From positions 4,451 to 68,450 of the IMG/VR virus record IMGVR_UViG_2862561106_000004: a DNA stretch of 64,000 bases; one strand, 5' to 3'. This DNA is from a virus (Duplodnaviria > Caudoviricetes). The translations under genes and the position numbers were made by a program. The notes under the pieces were generated by a model, which did not search any database, had not been told where the DNA came from, and worked only from the letters and a program-made list of their open reading frames with translations. Positions 9,081 through 18,566 of the stretch are shown piece after piece (within the stretch, counting starts at the first letter, position 1; each line of letters starts with the position of its first letter).

Positions 9081-10011
9081 GAATCCGGGCCCGGAGGTGC
9101 TGCGCCGGCGGCAGCGGCAGAAGCGTGTCCGCTACCAGCATTCCGTCGGGCAGCCGCCGAAGATGCCGGCCGGGGAAGCTGCCCGGCATGTCCGGTGGCT
9201 GCACGACCAGTGCGGCATGTCGCTAGCACACATCGCTCGGGCGTCCGGAACCTCCCCCAGCACCACCCGCCGCCTGATGCATGTGACCGACGACGAGCCG
9301 ATGTACCGGCACGTCGCGGAGAAGATCCTGCGGACGCGGCCGGAGGAGCCGATGTCGCTGGAGCAGTCGGCGCACGTCGACCCGATCGGGTCGCAGCGTC
9401 GGGCGCAGGCCCTCGTCGCCCTCGGCTTCACCGGGCCTGTGCTGGCCGTGGAGCTCGGCTTCAACGGGCATGTCCCGAACTTCTGGCGCTTCTTCCAGGC
9501 GACGGTGATCAACGCGACTCGCCGCGACCGGATCGCAGCCGGTTACACGAAGCTTCAGTACGCGGACCCGGCGGACTTCGGCGTCGACAACCAGCGCGCG
9601 GCCCGGCTCCGCAACATCGCCAAGGAGCGGGCTTGGGCGCCGCCGAGCTGCTGGGACTCGGACACGATCGATGATCCGGAAGCGATCCCGGAGTGGACGG
9701 GTGCCTGCGGCACTCCGCGGGGCCGCTACATCCACGAGCGGGACAAGATCCGGCCGGTGTGCAAGCCGTGCGCGAGGGCGGCCCGTGAAGCCGCCGGCCA
9801 GGAGCCGGCGACCCGGGTGTTCTCCCCGGACGCCCTGGCCGCGCTGCTCGCCAACCGTGGCTGGCTGGCGCCCGACCTGTCGGCCCGCATGGGCCTTGCC
9901 GGCCCGGACAGCGTATACCGCTGGCTGAGCGGTAAGGCCCTTCCTTCGCAAGTGAGTTGGGACCTGATGGCCTCCACGTTGGGGGTGACGATCGAAGACC
10001 TGGAGGCGTAG
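9067..10011 (+). CDS. Multi-HTH DNA-binding protein
   Basis: N-terminal and C-terminal XRE-like HTHs; RRAQALVALGF and CGT..Y..H..CxxC motifs. Confidence 0.7.
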   Translation: MRAIENPGPEVLRRRQRQKRVRYQHSVGQPPKMPAGEAARHVRWLHDQCGMSLAHIARASGTSPSTTRRLMHVTDDEPMYRHVAEKILRTRPEEPMSLEQSAHVDPIGSQRRAQALVALGFTGPVLAVELGFNGHVPNFWRFFQATVINATRRDRIAAGYTKLQYADPADFGVDNQRAARLRNIAKERAWAPPSCWDSDTIDDPEAIPEWTGACGTPRGRYIHERDKIRPVCKPCARAAREAAGQEPATRVFSPDALAALLANRGWLAPDLSARMGLAGPDSVYRWLSGKALPSQVSWDLMASTLGVTIEDLEA

Positions 10012-10670
10012 TGAAGCAGCCGAACTGCCGGGGCCATGACCCTGAGATCTTCTACGAGCGGGCCCGGTGGCCCGAAGCCAAGACCATCTGCGAGGACTGC
10101 CCGCTGCTGCTGGAGTGCCGTGCCACCTTCCAGGACGACCCGTGGCCGTTCGCCGGCGGGATGACCCCGAACCAGCGGGTGACGTGGAGCCGCAGCACGA
10201 AGGCCCGCGTGTTCGGCCGGTGCGTCCGGTGCGGCTTCCGGTTCCAGGAGGCACCGCGGGCCGGCCGGCCTCGGATGTACTGCTCGACGGAGTGCCGCCA
10301 GGCGGCGTACGCGGCCGGCGAGACGCAGACCAAGCGCCAGCCGTTGGCCAAGATCTCGATCGATACGGAGCTGGAGGCCGTGAGCCTGTGGCATCAGGGC
10401 TACGGGCTGAAGCGCGCGGCGAAGGCGCTGGGCATCTCGGAGTCCAGCGTCCGCAGGATCTTCGACGGCCACGGGCTGAAGCGGACCCAGGCCGAGCGCG
10501 ACGCGATCTCCGGGCAGGCCGGGGCGATGGCGGCGCAGGCTCGGGCCGACGTGGGCCGGATGGTGCGCAAGCTCCTGGCCGAGGGCCAGCAGTCTCCGCA
10601 GGAGATAGCGCTGCTGGCGAACTGCGCGGTCAACACCGTCTACAAGATCAGAAAGGGGATGGCGGCATGA
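10011..10670 (+). CDS. WhiB-family regulator fused to Zn ribbon and HTHs
   Basis: C..DPEIF..AKTICEDCP...C..FAGGMT WhiB pattern; CVRC/YCSTEC; HTH. Confidence 0.75.
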   Translation: MKQPNCRGHDPEIFYERARWPEAKTICEDCPLLLECRATFQDDPWPFAGGMTPNQRVTWSRSTKARVFGRCVRCGFRFQEAPRAGRPRMYCSTECRQAAYAAGETQTKRQPLAKISIDTELEAVSLWHQGYGLKRAAKALGISESSVRRIFDGHGLKRTQAERDAISGQAGAMAAQARADVGRMVRKLLAEGQQSPQEIALLANCAVNTVYKIRKGMAA

Positions 10671-10942
10671 TCCGCTGGTCCATCGTCGCCTTCGCTCTCG
10701 GCATGGCGATCTTCAGCCTGGTGAACGGGACACCCGACCTGGCCCTGATCTGGGGCCTGCTCTTCACCATCGTCCTCATCCTGTGCCTGCTACCCGACCA
10801 CCGGGGCCCCAGCGGCGGGCAGCTCCCGCCCTACAAGGAGGAGGAGGGCACCACCCCGGAAGACCTGAAGCGGGCCGCCGTCCGAGACCGCTGGGCGGAG
10901 CACGTCAAAACCTGCGAGCTGTGCCGGAGGCGGGACTCATGA
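10667..10942 (+). CDS. Membrane protein
   Basis: Two N-terminal TM segments. Confidence 0.6.
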   Translation: MIRWSIVAFALGMAIFSLVNGTPDLALIWGLLFTIVLILCLLPDHRGPSGGQLPPYKEEEGTTPEDLKRAAVRDRWAEHVKTCELCRRRDS

Positions 10943-11226
10943 GCATCGAAGAGAGCTACGTCGCCCGCTGCTCGATGTGCGGCGACTACATGGACAGTCT
11001 CGGGCTGCCGGTCGGCTCCGCCTTCGACGCCCGGGTGTTCCGCACCTGGGCGACGGCCGACAAGGCGCTGGCTGACGCCGGCTGGCACGACGGACACAAC
11101 GGGGATTACGCCCGCTGCACCTGCGGCCAGCAGCCTCACACCAACCGGTGCCGGAAGGTCGCGCCCCGGCTGGTGCCGCTGTGTCCGCCGTGCCGCAGCG
11201 CCGAGCCGAAGCGGGTCAACCCATGA
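10939..11226 (+). CDS. Cys-rich hypothetical protein
   Basis: CSMC, CTC, CPPC; overlapping start. Confidence 0.55.
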   Translation: MSIEESYVARCSMCGDYMDSLGLPVGSAFDARVFRTWATADKALADAGWHDGHNGDYARCTCGQQPHTNRCRKVAPRLVPLCPPCRSAEPKRVNP

Positions 11227-11588
11227 TCACAGCCGCCGTCATGCTCGGAGCCCTGGCCTACATCGCCGGGGCTCTTCTGTTTCTGCGGCACCGCTGGGTG
11301 AAGACCGAGACCGCGCGGCTCCGAGGCGTCAAGGACGGGCTGCTTCACGGAAGCTTCTGCACCTTCCTCCAGGAGTCCAGGTCGATTTTCGGAGAGCAGG
11401 GCTTCGAGCGCTACTCCCGCCAGTGCAACTGCGCGGCCCCGCTGTGGATTGCAGCCCTGTGGCCGCTGGCGCTGCTCGGCCGGCCGCTGCGCTACCTCAC
11501 AAGCGTCGCCGTCGCCTTCGTGCACCCCCGCATCGAACTGCCCGACCACAACCGAATCCGCACCCTGGAGAAGGAGTTGGACGGATGA
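11223..11588 (+). CDS. Membrane protein
   Basis: Hydrophobic N-terminus and ALWP motif. Confidence 0.6.
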   Translation: MITAAVMLGALAYIAGALLFLRHRWVKTETARLRGVKDGLLHGSFCTFLQESRSIFGEQGFERYSRQCNCAAPLWIAALWPLALLGRPLRYLTSVAVAFVHPRIELPDHNRIRTLEKELDG

Positions 11589-11932
11589 AGTACCAGGACA
11601 ACCTGACCGGCGCCATCGAGTACATATCCCGCTACGGCTGGCACCAGGGCGACTACTACACCTACCGGGCCACCGAAGCCGAACGGAAGGGCCTCGGCCC
11701 CGACGACCACCCGCCGGCCTGCGTCCTCGGCGCGCTGTCCGCCACCAACGGCGGCGACTTCACCGCCACCTGGGAAGCGGTTCACGCCCTCAACAAGGTG
11801 ATCTTCGGCAGCCCCGTGGAGAACGGGATGCTCGCTGGCTGGAACGACAACCCCGCGCGTACCGCCGAAGACGTCATCCTCGCCCTCAAGCGGGCCACCG
11901 CCGTACGCCTCACCACCAACAGCAGCAGGTGA
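11585..11932 (+). CDS. DUF6197-like protein, paralog 3
   Basis: GWHQG..CVLGAL..WND..RTAEDVIL. Confidence 0.75.
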   Translation: MKYQDNLTGAIEYISRYGWHQGDYYTYRATEAERKGLGPDDHPPACVLGALSATNGGDFTATWEAVHALNKVIFGSPVENGMLAGWNDNPARTAEDVILALKRATAVRLTTNSSR

Positions 11933-11937
11933 ACACC

Positions 11938-12273
11938 ATGAACAAGGAAACGACCGACCGCGCACGCCAACTGCTGATCAAGGCCCGCAACATCCTGGAG
12001 ACCAACGGCTGGCACCAGGGGGCCTACGCCGCCAACCTCGGAGGCCGGGCAGCGGTCTGCGCCCTCGGGGCGCTCAACATGGCCAGCACCGACGTCTCCG
12101 CGTTCACCCACTACGACTCCGACTGGGTGCCGATGCTGTCCGCCCAGGTGCGGCTGGCCAAGGCCGCCGGTCTCGGCGGCTTCGCCCGCGAACGGATACC
12201 GGCCTGGAACGACGACCCCCGCACCACCGCCGAAGACGTACTCCTCGCCTTCAAGAAGGCGGCCGAACTGTGA
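11938..12273 (+). CDS. DUF6197-like protein, paralog 4
   Basis: GWHQG..CALGAL..WND..TTAEDVLL. Confidence 0.75.
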   Translation: MNKETTDRARQLLIKARNILETNGWHQGAYAANLGGRAAVCALGALNMASTDVSAFTHYDSDWVPMLSAQVRLAKAAGLGGFARERIPAWNDDPRTTAEDVLLAFKKAAEL

Positions 12274-12524
12274 CCCCCGACCTTCACAACACGCTCGCCG
12301 GCAACGGCATGCGGCTCACCGACGACTTCACCGCCGACACCGCGGGCCGGCGCTGCGTAACCCACACCGTCGGCGGCCACTACTCCTGGTACCTCAACGA
12401 GATCGAAGCCGACGACACCGTGGGCCCGCGCGTCCACCCCGGCTCGTCGGCCGGCGACGACACCCTGCTGCTGTGGGCCCTCGTCCCCGGCCAGCGGTAC
12501 CGGCTGGTGATCAACGCATGGTGA
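12270..12524 (+). CDS. Hypothetical protein
   Basis: Overlapping start, GC3 bias. Confidence 0.55.
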   Translation: MTPDLHNTLAGNGMRLTDDFTADTAGRRCVTHTVGGHYSWYLNEIEADDTVGPRVHPGSSAGDDTLLLWALVPGQRYRLVINAW

Positions 12525-12763
12525 TGGCCTTCGGTCCTCGGACGCCGTGCGCATTCATGTTCACTTCCTGCGGGTACGCCTTCGCAGCGCTGGAGCTGCG
12601 GGGCAACTTCTGGACGCTGTGCAAGAAGTGCACCGACCGCTGGCTGGACGCTGCGGACGGGTGGCCGACCTACGAGCCGGACGGTCTGCACTTCCTCCGT
12701 CCGGACTGGGTCACGTTCGTACGTCAACCACATGACGTACAAGATCGGCGGGTGACCGTATGA
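12524..12763 (+). CDS. Hypothetical protein
   Basis: LCKKC motif; coupled to next gene. Confidence 0.5.
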   Translation: MAFGPRTPCAFMFTSCGYAFAALELRGNFWTLCKKCTDRWLDAADGWPTYEPDGLHFLRPDWVTFVRQPHDVQDRRVTV

Positions 12764-13269
12764 CGTCGCCCGAACCAGCTGCCGGACTGATCTTCCTCGC
12801 CCGCATCGAAGGCGTCACCGGCCGCCTCGTCTGGCTGCTCCAGGCCATCAACGGCGACCCGAGCCGCTGGACACACGTCGGGGTCGCCCTCGGGGACGGC
12901 CGGGTCTTCGAGGCGCAGCCCGGCGGCGCGGTCATCAGCCCGTGGTCCCGCTACGCCGGCCGCGAGGTCGCGGTGCTCCGGTGGGAGCTCACCCCGGAGA
13001 AGACGGCAGAGATCACCGCGGAGGCCCGGCGGCGCGTCGGCACCCCCTACAACTGGACCACCTACTTCTACATGGCCGCCTACCGGCTGTGCCTGCCGCT
13101 CACCACCCGCTGGCTTCGGCGCAGGGTGTCGCGCTCCAGCCGGATGATCTGCTCCCAGGCGGCGGACGACATCTACCGCGTCTGCGGCATCCACCTCTTC
13201 AACGACGGGCGGCTGCCGCATGACGTGACGCCCGGAGACATCGCCCGGCTCATCAGGAGGGCGCGGTGA
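12760..13269 (+). CDS. Permuted NlpC/P60 (YiiX/YebB-like) papain-fold enzyme
   Basis: WTHVGV...EAQPGG...VGTPY...MICSQ (His before Cys). Confidence 0.75.
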   Translation: MTSPEPAAGLIFLARIEGVTGRLVWLLQAINGDPSRWTHVGVALGDGRVFEAQPGGAVISPWSRYAGREVAVLRWELTPEKTAEITAEARRRVGTPYNWTTYFYMAAYRLCLPLTTRWLRRRVSRSSRMICSQAADDIYRVCGIHLFNDGRLPHDVTPGDIARLIRRAR

Positions 13270-13739
13270 AGCGGGTGGCCGCGTTCGCGGTCCTGGTCGT
13301 GCTCGGGCTGGCCTTCGCCGGAGCCGTCAGCGCGGCGGTCTACTTCGACACGGGTTGGCTCGGGGTGGCGGTCGTCGCCGGAGGAATCGGTATCGGCTGC
13401 GCGATCGTCCGGGTAGCCCCTTGGGCGCTTGGTGCACTGGAGGAGGAGCCAGAACGACTGCCGTCGATCTACGTCGTCGGCTGGAGCTGGCGCAACCTCC
13501 ACCAGTACGTCGACCTCGTCCGGGAGCGCGAACCGGGGCGCCTGTCCGCGTGGCAGGTGCATCTGGCGACCGACGTGAAGCAGCTCCGAGGGGTCGCCCA
13601 CGGACCTGAAGTGATCATGCTCGGGCCGGCCGACATGTGGGAGCCCCGCACCCGAGCGGAAGTTCAGGCGTACCTGCGAGCAAGGGGGGCGCACATCACC
13701 TACGACTCTACGGACAGGCTCACGGGCATTGAGAGGTAA
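13266..13739 (+). CDS. Membrane protein
   Basis: Two N-terminal TM helices plus soluble domain. Confidence 0.6.
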   Translation: MKRVAAFAVLVVLGLAFAGAVSAAVYFDTGWLGVAVVAGGIGIGCAIVRVAPWALGALEEEPERLPSIYVVGWSWRNLHQYVDLVREREPGRLSAWQVHLATDVKQLRGVAHGPEVIMLGPADMWEPRTRAEVQAYLRARGAHITYDSTDRLTGIER

Positions 13740-13741
13740 GC

Positions 13742-14962
13742 GTGCAGTTCAGCCAGCCCGGGTGGACCGCCGAAAGTGGGCTGCCGTACCCCGGGGCCGA
13801 AACCGCGGCCGAGGCCATCGAACGAGACGCCGAGCAGCAGCAGCTCGCCGCGCAAGCGAAGGTCGAGAAGGCCAAACACCTCGCTCGAGAGAAAGGGCGG
13901 CAGGAAGCCGAGAAGGAAGCCGAAGCTCTCCGGCAGGTGCGCTCGGTGCGGGCCAGCCAGGTCACCATCCAGCGCACCCGCTGGCTCTGGCGCGACCGCA
14001 TCGCCCTCGGCGGACTCGCGCTCATCGCAGGCAAGGGCGACGTCTCCAAGTCGACCCTCCTCGCCCAGATGGTCGCGTGGATCACGACCGGGGACATGCG
14101 CGGCGAGTTCGATGGCGTGCCGCGCGCCGTCGGCTACGTCGTCAACGAGGACTCCCTGTCGCAGACCGTCGTCCCCCGCATGGTGGCCGCCGGCGCCAAC
14201 CTGGACCTCGTGCACTTCCTCAGCGTCGCCTCCCCACTGGGCACCGACGCCCTGAAGTTCCCCCGGGACATCGACCTGCTGAAGGACTTCATCTACCAGC
14301 AAGGACTGGTGGCGATCTTCATCGACCCGCTGTCGGCCAACGTCACCGGCCGGAAAAACGACCAGGGGGACATGCGGGACACCTACCAGACGGTGAACAA
14401 CCTGGCCGAGGAGACGTGCTGCGCCATCATCGGCCTCGCCCACACCCGCAAGGCCGGGGCCTCCGACGTCATGGAAGCGATCATGGGCAGCTCGGAGCAG
14501 GGCAACGTCGCCCGCTCCGTCCACGGCCTCGTCATGGACCCCGAAGAAGACAACGCCCGCATCCTGTCCTGCGAGAAGCTGAACGTCGGACAGAAGAACC
14601 TGCTGCCGTCGCTCCGCTTCACGCTGGACACCGTCATGGTGCGCTGCACCGACGGCACCAACGACCACACCCCCATGCCGAAGATCCGCTGGCTTGACGA
14701 GATCAGCGAGTCCGCCTCGGACATCCTGGCCGACCAGGTCGCCGGCAACCACGGCGTGGACGAGTGCGTGGAGTGGCTGCGGAAGTTCATGCGGGACAGC
14801 GGCGGCGAGGCGTACTCGCACGACGTGAAAGATGCCGCCGGCCGCAAGTTCTCACCCTCCATGATCGCTCGGGCGAGGAAGAAGCTCGGGGTGGTGGCCA
14901 CCCGGACCAACGAGACGCCGTCCAGGACAGTCTGGCGAAGCGCAGAAAATTCGGTCACTTAG
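13742..14962 (+). CDS. AAA (RepA/AAA_25-like) replicative helicase
   Basis: Walker A AGKGDVSKST, Walker B IFIDP, LAHTRK. Confidence 0.85.
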   Translation: MQFSQPGWTAESGLPYPGAETAAEAIERDAEQQQLAAQAKVEKAKHLAREKGRQEAEKEAEALRQVRSVRASQVTIQRTRWLWRDRIALGGLALIAGKGDVSKSTLLAQMVAWITTGDMRGEFDGVPRAVGYVVNEDSLSQTVVPRMVAAGANLDLVHFLSVASPLGTDALKFPRDIDLLKDFIYQQGLVAIFIDPLSANVTGRKNDQGDMRDTYQTVNNLAEETCCAIIGLAHTRKAGASDVMEAIMGSSEQGNVARSVHGLVMDPEEDNARILSCEKLNVGQKNLLPSLRFTLDTVMVRCTDGTNDHTPMPKIRWLDEISESASDILADQVAGNHGVDECVEWLRKFMRDSGGEAYSHDVKDAAGRKFSPSMIARARKKLGVVATRTNETPSRTVWRSAENSVT

Positions 14963-15020
14963 CGTAGTTTTCCACAGCCTCAGGGGGCCTTCCTTTATTG
15001 GGAGTGAGAGGGGTGGAAGG

Positions 15021-15165
15021 AGTGACATAAGTGCAGGTCAGACAGTTGTGTCAATCGAGTCATCGGAGGCCCTGTCGTGTCACTCGTGTCACGCACTCTC
15101 CGACACTGACACAACTGGCTGACCTGCATATATATCAGATATGTCAAAAGACTGCCTATATATAG
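15021..15165. promoter_or_regulatory. Candidate phage replication origin
   Basis: 22-bp inverted repeat 15032-15053/15107-15128, GTGTCA repeats, TATATA tracts, directly after helicase. Confidence 0.5.
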
Positions 15166-15238
15166 GACCCCCTCATTTCAACTCATTTCACGCGCCCTTG
15201 TGGATCACCACTGGGCGTAACCGAAGGGGAAGATCGAA

Positions 15239-15430
15239 TTGACCGACCTGGACGAACAGCAGCAGCTCGAAGAAGCCCGCGCCAGCCTCCAGCAGCTCCG
15301 GGAGGAGGAGGCCGTAGCCGTCCGCGCCATGGAGGAAGCCCGCGACCACCTGGCCGAGGTGCAGGCCCGCCGGCGCGAGGCGTGGGAGCGGGTCAAGGGC
15401 CTGGAACTGGAGCAGGCCCACAACGCATGA
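15239..15430 (+). CDS. Small coiled-coil protein
   Basis: RBS AAGGGGAAG; heptad E/Q/L pattern. Confidence 0.6.
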   Translation: MTDLDEQQQLEEARASLQQLREEEAVAVRAMEEARDHLAEVQARRREAWERVKGLELEQAHNA

Positions 15431-16011
15431 TCGACACCAAGCTGGTGCTCGGACAGTGCAACCGATGCCAGGCGTACGTCTTCCAAGCCCAGAGCGCCGG
15501 ACTACGCACCCTGGCCGACCCCGCCCCCTGCACCCGGCAGCAGTACGTCAACGCCCTCCTCGCCGGCCGGCGCGTCTTCGACCTCCTGGAGGCCGCTGGA
15601 CGCCCCCAGAAGCTCCTCACACGCACACCCGGGTCCACGGGGCCGTCCTGGGCGCCAGACGGCTCTCAGGCGGCCGACAGTGGCCGCCGGCGAGTGCTTG
15701 TCGAACACGCCTGCACCGGCGCCCACAGCCAGGCAGTCGAGGTGATGCCCGCGGGCCCTCGCAAAGCCCCTGCGACGCCTGGCGTCAGCAGGGGTGGCAA
15801 CCACCGCTCCGATGCCCACGACGCAACGTCGACTTCCGCGGCGAAGGCACGCTCTTCGGAGACAAGTTCCCCAAAAGCTGCCGGGACTGCGACCCGCCCC
15901 CGTTCTGACCCCGTATGCGACGCATGCGGCGAAGTAATCAGCTCCGGGCAGACCTTCACGGGCGTGCACTACCGCCAATGGATATGGGCCGTACACGAAA
16001 GGTGCCTGTGA
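15427..16011 (+). CDS. Hypothetical Zn-finger protein
   Basis: CNRC...EHAC; CDAC...HERC. Confidence 0.6.
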   Translation: MIDTKLVLGQCNRCQAYVFQAQSAGLRTLADPAPCTRQQYVNALLAGRRVFDLLEAAGRPQKLLTRTPGSTGPSWAPDGSQAADSGRRRVLVEHACTGAHSQAVEVMPAGPRKAPATPGVSRGGNHRSDAHDATSTSAAKARSSETSSPKAAGTATRPRSDPVCDACGEVISSGQTFTGVHYRQWIWAVHERCL

Positions 16012-16211
16012 GCGCAGAACACATCAACGCGACGATCAAAGTGTTCGCCACGCCCCTCGGCGTTCAGCTCCGGGCGGTAACCCACGTAGACGAATCCGGA
16101 AAAGCCCACTGGATCTCGCTGACGCTTCCACTCCCCTGGAGCTACGAATGCGCGCAGCGAATCACCATGGCTTCCATGCAATGCGAGGAGGGGAAGTTTG
16201 ATCTGCCGTGA
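16008..16211 (+). CDS. Hypothetical protein
   Basis: Overlapping GTG start. Confidence 0.45.
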   Translation: MSAEHINATIKVFATPLGVQLRAVTHVDESGKAHWISLTLPLPWSYECAQRITMASMQCEEGKFDLP

Positions 16212-16425
16212 CTGCGCTTGGGAAGCGGACGGCGGCGACGGTACCGGCGAATGCGAGGAATGCGGCCGGGTCCTCAGCCTCTACCGCAACGGGACGCTGC
16301 GAAGACACCACCAGGCTCCCGGAAGTTGGCTTTCATGCCAAGGATCGAAAGAGCTGCCTCGTTATCGGGGCCACGGCACATGTAAAGGCTGCGACTGCCA
16401 GCACCGGGCGGTGGGCAGCATATGA
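16198..16425 (+). CDS. Cys-rich small protein
   Basis: MICRDC...CKGCDCQH. Confidence 0.6.
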   Translation: MICRDCAWEADGGDGTGECEECGRVLSLYRNGTLRRHHQAPGSWLSCQGSKELPRYRGHGTCKGCDCQHRAVGSI

Positions 16426-17138
16426 ATCTTGGAGAGTGCTTCTTGAACCAGGTGCGCGAGATCGAACGGCTCCAGGAGGAGATCGACGGACTCGTTGACC
16501 AGCTCATACGCGGGTGGACCGAACGAATCCACTACCGGGTCGCCGTACCCACCGACTGCGCTCACATCAACTGCAAGTGCGTGGCAGCCACCGAGGCCCG
16601 CGCCCAAACCATCACGCACGCCGGCCTACTCGACCAACTCAAGCTCTTCCAGCAGCAAGGGGACCCCGGGCCGAGAGACGGCGCGGAACGCGGTGCGCCC
16701 AACAAGCCGGGCAGCCGGCCGCCGGGCAACATGAAGGGCTTCCACCTCCTGGACGAGATATCCGTCGAGATCATGAGCTTCGGGCAGGAATGTGCGGAGC
16801 GCGCCGGCTACGGGCCGGACGTTGCGCTCGTTTCTGTCGCGGGCAACCTCGGCAACATACGTCGACTGTCAACCTCGGCGTACGACAGAGATGAACTACT
16901 CGCCTACGACATCAGGAACCGGCTCCGGGGATGGGTCCGCCGATGCCGGCTGGCACTCGCACATGACCAGCCCGACGAGATGCTGGCCGACACCGTGTGC
17001 GGCGAATGCGGGGGCGGTCTCGCCGTCGGCCGTGGAGCAGAAACCGACGTGCGATGCGTCGGGACGCCGGAGCAACCGCCCTGCGGTGTCCGTTACGGGC
17101 GGCAGGACTGGGTTGCCCTACTGGAGGCGCAGCAATGA
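16422..17138 (+). CDS. Phage protein with C-terminal Zn ribbon (possible late-gene regulator)
   Basis: PGSRPP motif, CGEC...VRC...C; near end of early operon. Confidence 0.6.
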   Translation: MNLGECFLNQVREIERLQEEIDGLVDQLIRGWTERIHYRVAVPTDCAHINCKCVAATEARAQTITHAGLLDQLKLFQQQGDPGPRDGAERGAPNKPGSRPPGNMKGFHLLDEISVEIMSFGQECAERAGYGPDVALVSVAGNLGNIRRLSTSAYDRDELLAYDIRNRLRGWVRRCRLALAHDQPDEMLADTVCGECGGGLAVGRGAETDVRCVGTPEQPPCGVRYGRQDWVALLEAQQ

Positions 17139-17386
17139 AGCAGGGGCCGACGGAAAAGCCCTACATACGGGTGGAACGACTCGGCGGTGAGCAGAAGTGG
17201 CTGGCGCTTCAGCTCGGGGACGAGTACACCAAGCTGGCCGAGTTCCTTGGCGAAGAACAGGTGCGCGCCTTCTGGGAGTGGCACCGCGACCGGATGCAGT
17301 GCATCGCGGAGGAACTTCAGCAGCTTCCGGGGGTTGCCGGCGACGTGGAGACCCGGGCCGCCATCGAGCGGGTGCTGCTGGGGTGA
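17135..17386 (+). CDS. Hypothetical protein
   Basis: GGAGG RBS; coupled start. Confidence 0.6.
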   Translation: MKQGPTEKPYIRVERLGGEQKWLALQLGDEYTKLAEFLGEEQVRAFWEWHRDRMQCIAEELQQLPGVAGDVETRAAIERVLLG

Positions 17387-18030
17387 GCGACGAGTTCAGT
17401 AGTTACGTTCTCGATCTTGCGATCCGTTTGGGCAACGGGGAGCAAGTCACCGAGGAAGAAAAGAGCTTCGCTTACTCGGAGGCAAGACGGCGTGCTTACC
17501 GGGTGGATCTGACCAAAAGGAAGCCGAAGCCCACAATGCGGCTCGGGGTTGGGGTGATCTACTACCTTCGGTTCTGCTGCCGGATCAAGATCGGGTACTC
17601 GGCCGATCTGGAGAGTCGCCTTCAGGCGGTGCCCTGCGACGAGCTTCTGGCCACCGAGCCCTCCCGGCCCGGCCTGGAGGGAATGCGGCACCGCGAGTTC
17701 GCTGACGCGCGCATACCCGGCACCGAATGGTTTCGGGAAACTCCTGCGCTCGTTGCCCACATCAGAGCGCTCCGGGCAGGTATAGCTGGACGGCCTCAGC
17801 GGGAACGCCTGATCGACACGGCGGCAGCCATGCTCTACACCGGGAGGGACCGGCACACCCTCTACCGCTGGGCGAAGGAGGGCAGGATCACCAAGACCTT
17901 CGATCGCGGTCGTGCCAGGTGGGACGTGCTGGAGTTGCCGGCGGCGGTTCCTGGCTGCCCGCCCCCGCCACCTCCACCGATTCGTGATGTCCGAATTGTT
18001 GACAAAAGGGGTGCTAAGGGCACACCATGA
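17383..18030 (+). CDS. GIY-YIG/T5orf172-like domain plus C-terminal HTH
   Basis: VIYYLR..IKIGYS..RL..H.EF..EWF; TLYRWAKEG. Confidence 0.7.
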   Translation: MSDEFSSYVLDLAIRLGNGEQVTEEEKSFAYSEARRRAYRVDLTKRKPKPTMRLGVGVIYYLRFCCRIKIGYSADLESRLQAVPCDELLATEPSRPGLEGMRHREFADARIPGTEWFRETPALVAHIRALRAGIAGRPQRERLIDTAAAMLYTGRDRHTLYRWAKEGRITKTFDRGRARWDVLELPAAVPGCPPPPPPPIRDVRIVDKRGAKGTP

Positions 18031-18059
18031 CGCGAGGGCGGTAGCCTGCCCAAAAATGC

Positions 18060-18102
18060 AAAAAGCGGCCCCGCACCTCCGAGGAGGCACGGGGCCGCTT
18101 TC
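18060..18102. terminator. Bidirectional terminator between convergent operons
   Basis: AAAAAGCGGCCCCG...CGGGGCCGCTTT. Confidence 0.75.
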
Positions 18103-18110
18103 GCATGTGA

Positions 18111-18323
18111 TCAGCTCGGGGCAACGCCAATCGTCTGGTTGAGGGAGACTTCCCGGGCCTTCGCGGTTCGGTAGTCCGAGAACCGCCTGAGACGCCCGTC
18201 GGCCATCTCGTACACCTCCACTTGGACGCCGTCCTCGTACCGAGCCAGCCAGTAGTTCATTCGACCCCCGGCACCACTGTGAGCTGACCATCCGGTGTGC
18301 CTGTACTTCCATTCGATGCTCAT
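18111..18323 (-). CDS. Hypothetical protein
   Basis: GAGG RBS; coupled to upstream gene. Confidence 0.6.
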   Translation of the reverse strand: MSIEWKYRHTGWSAHSGAGGRMNYWLARYEDGVQVEVYEMADGRLRRFSDYRTAKAREVSLNQTIGVAPS

Positions 18324-18505
18324 GCTGCCTCCTCGCAGTACCCGGCATCTATCAGCCCTCGGGCCGTCCGGCCGTAGCTGCCTTGCAGCCGCCAGGCCAT
18401 GCCGGAGTCGATGAGCCGCTGGAACATGTCGATCACTTCACCGGGGCCGAGACGACCGTCTTCGAACGCCATCAACTCGTCGGCGGTAACTGGGTATTCG
18501 GACAT
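18320..18505 (-). CDS. Small conserved phage protein
   Basis: FQRLIDSGMAWRLQGSYGRTA motif; CCCGGAGCA RBS. Confidence 0.7.
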   Translation of the reverse strand: MSEYPVTADELMAFEDGRLGPGEVIDMFQRLIDSGMAWRLQGSYGRTARGLIDAGYCEEAA

Positions 18506-18566
18506 GATTGTGCTCCGGGTGGTGTTTCGCTGATGGGGTCGGCTCGGGCATGCCACGATGGCCTGC

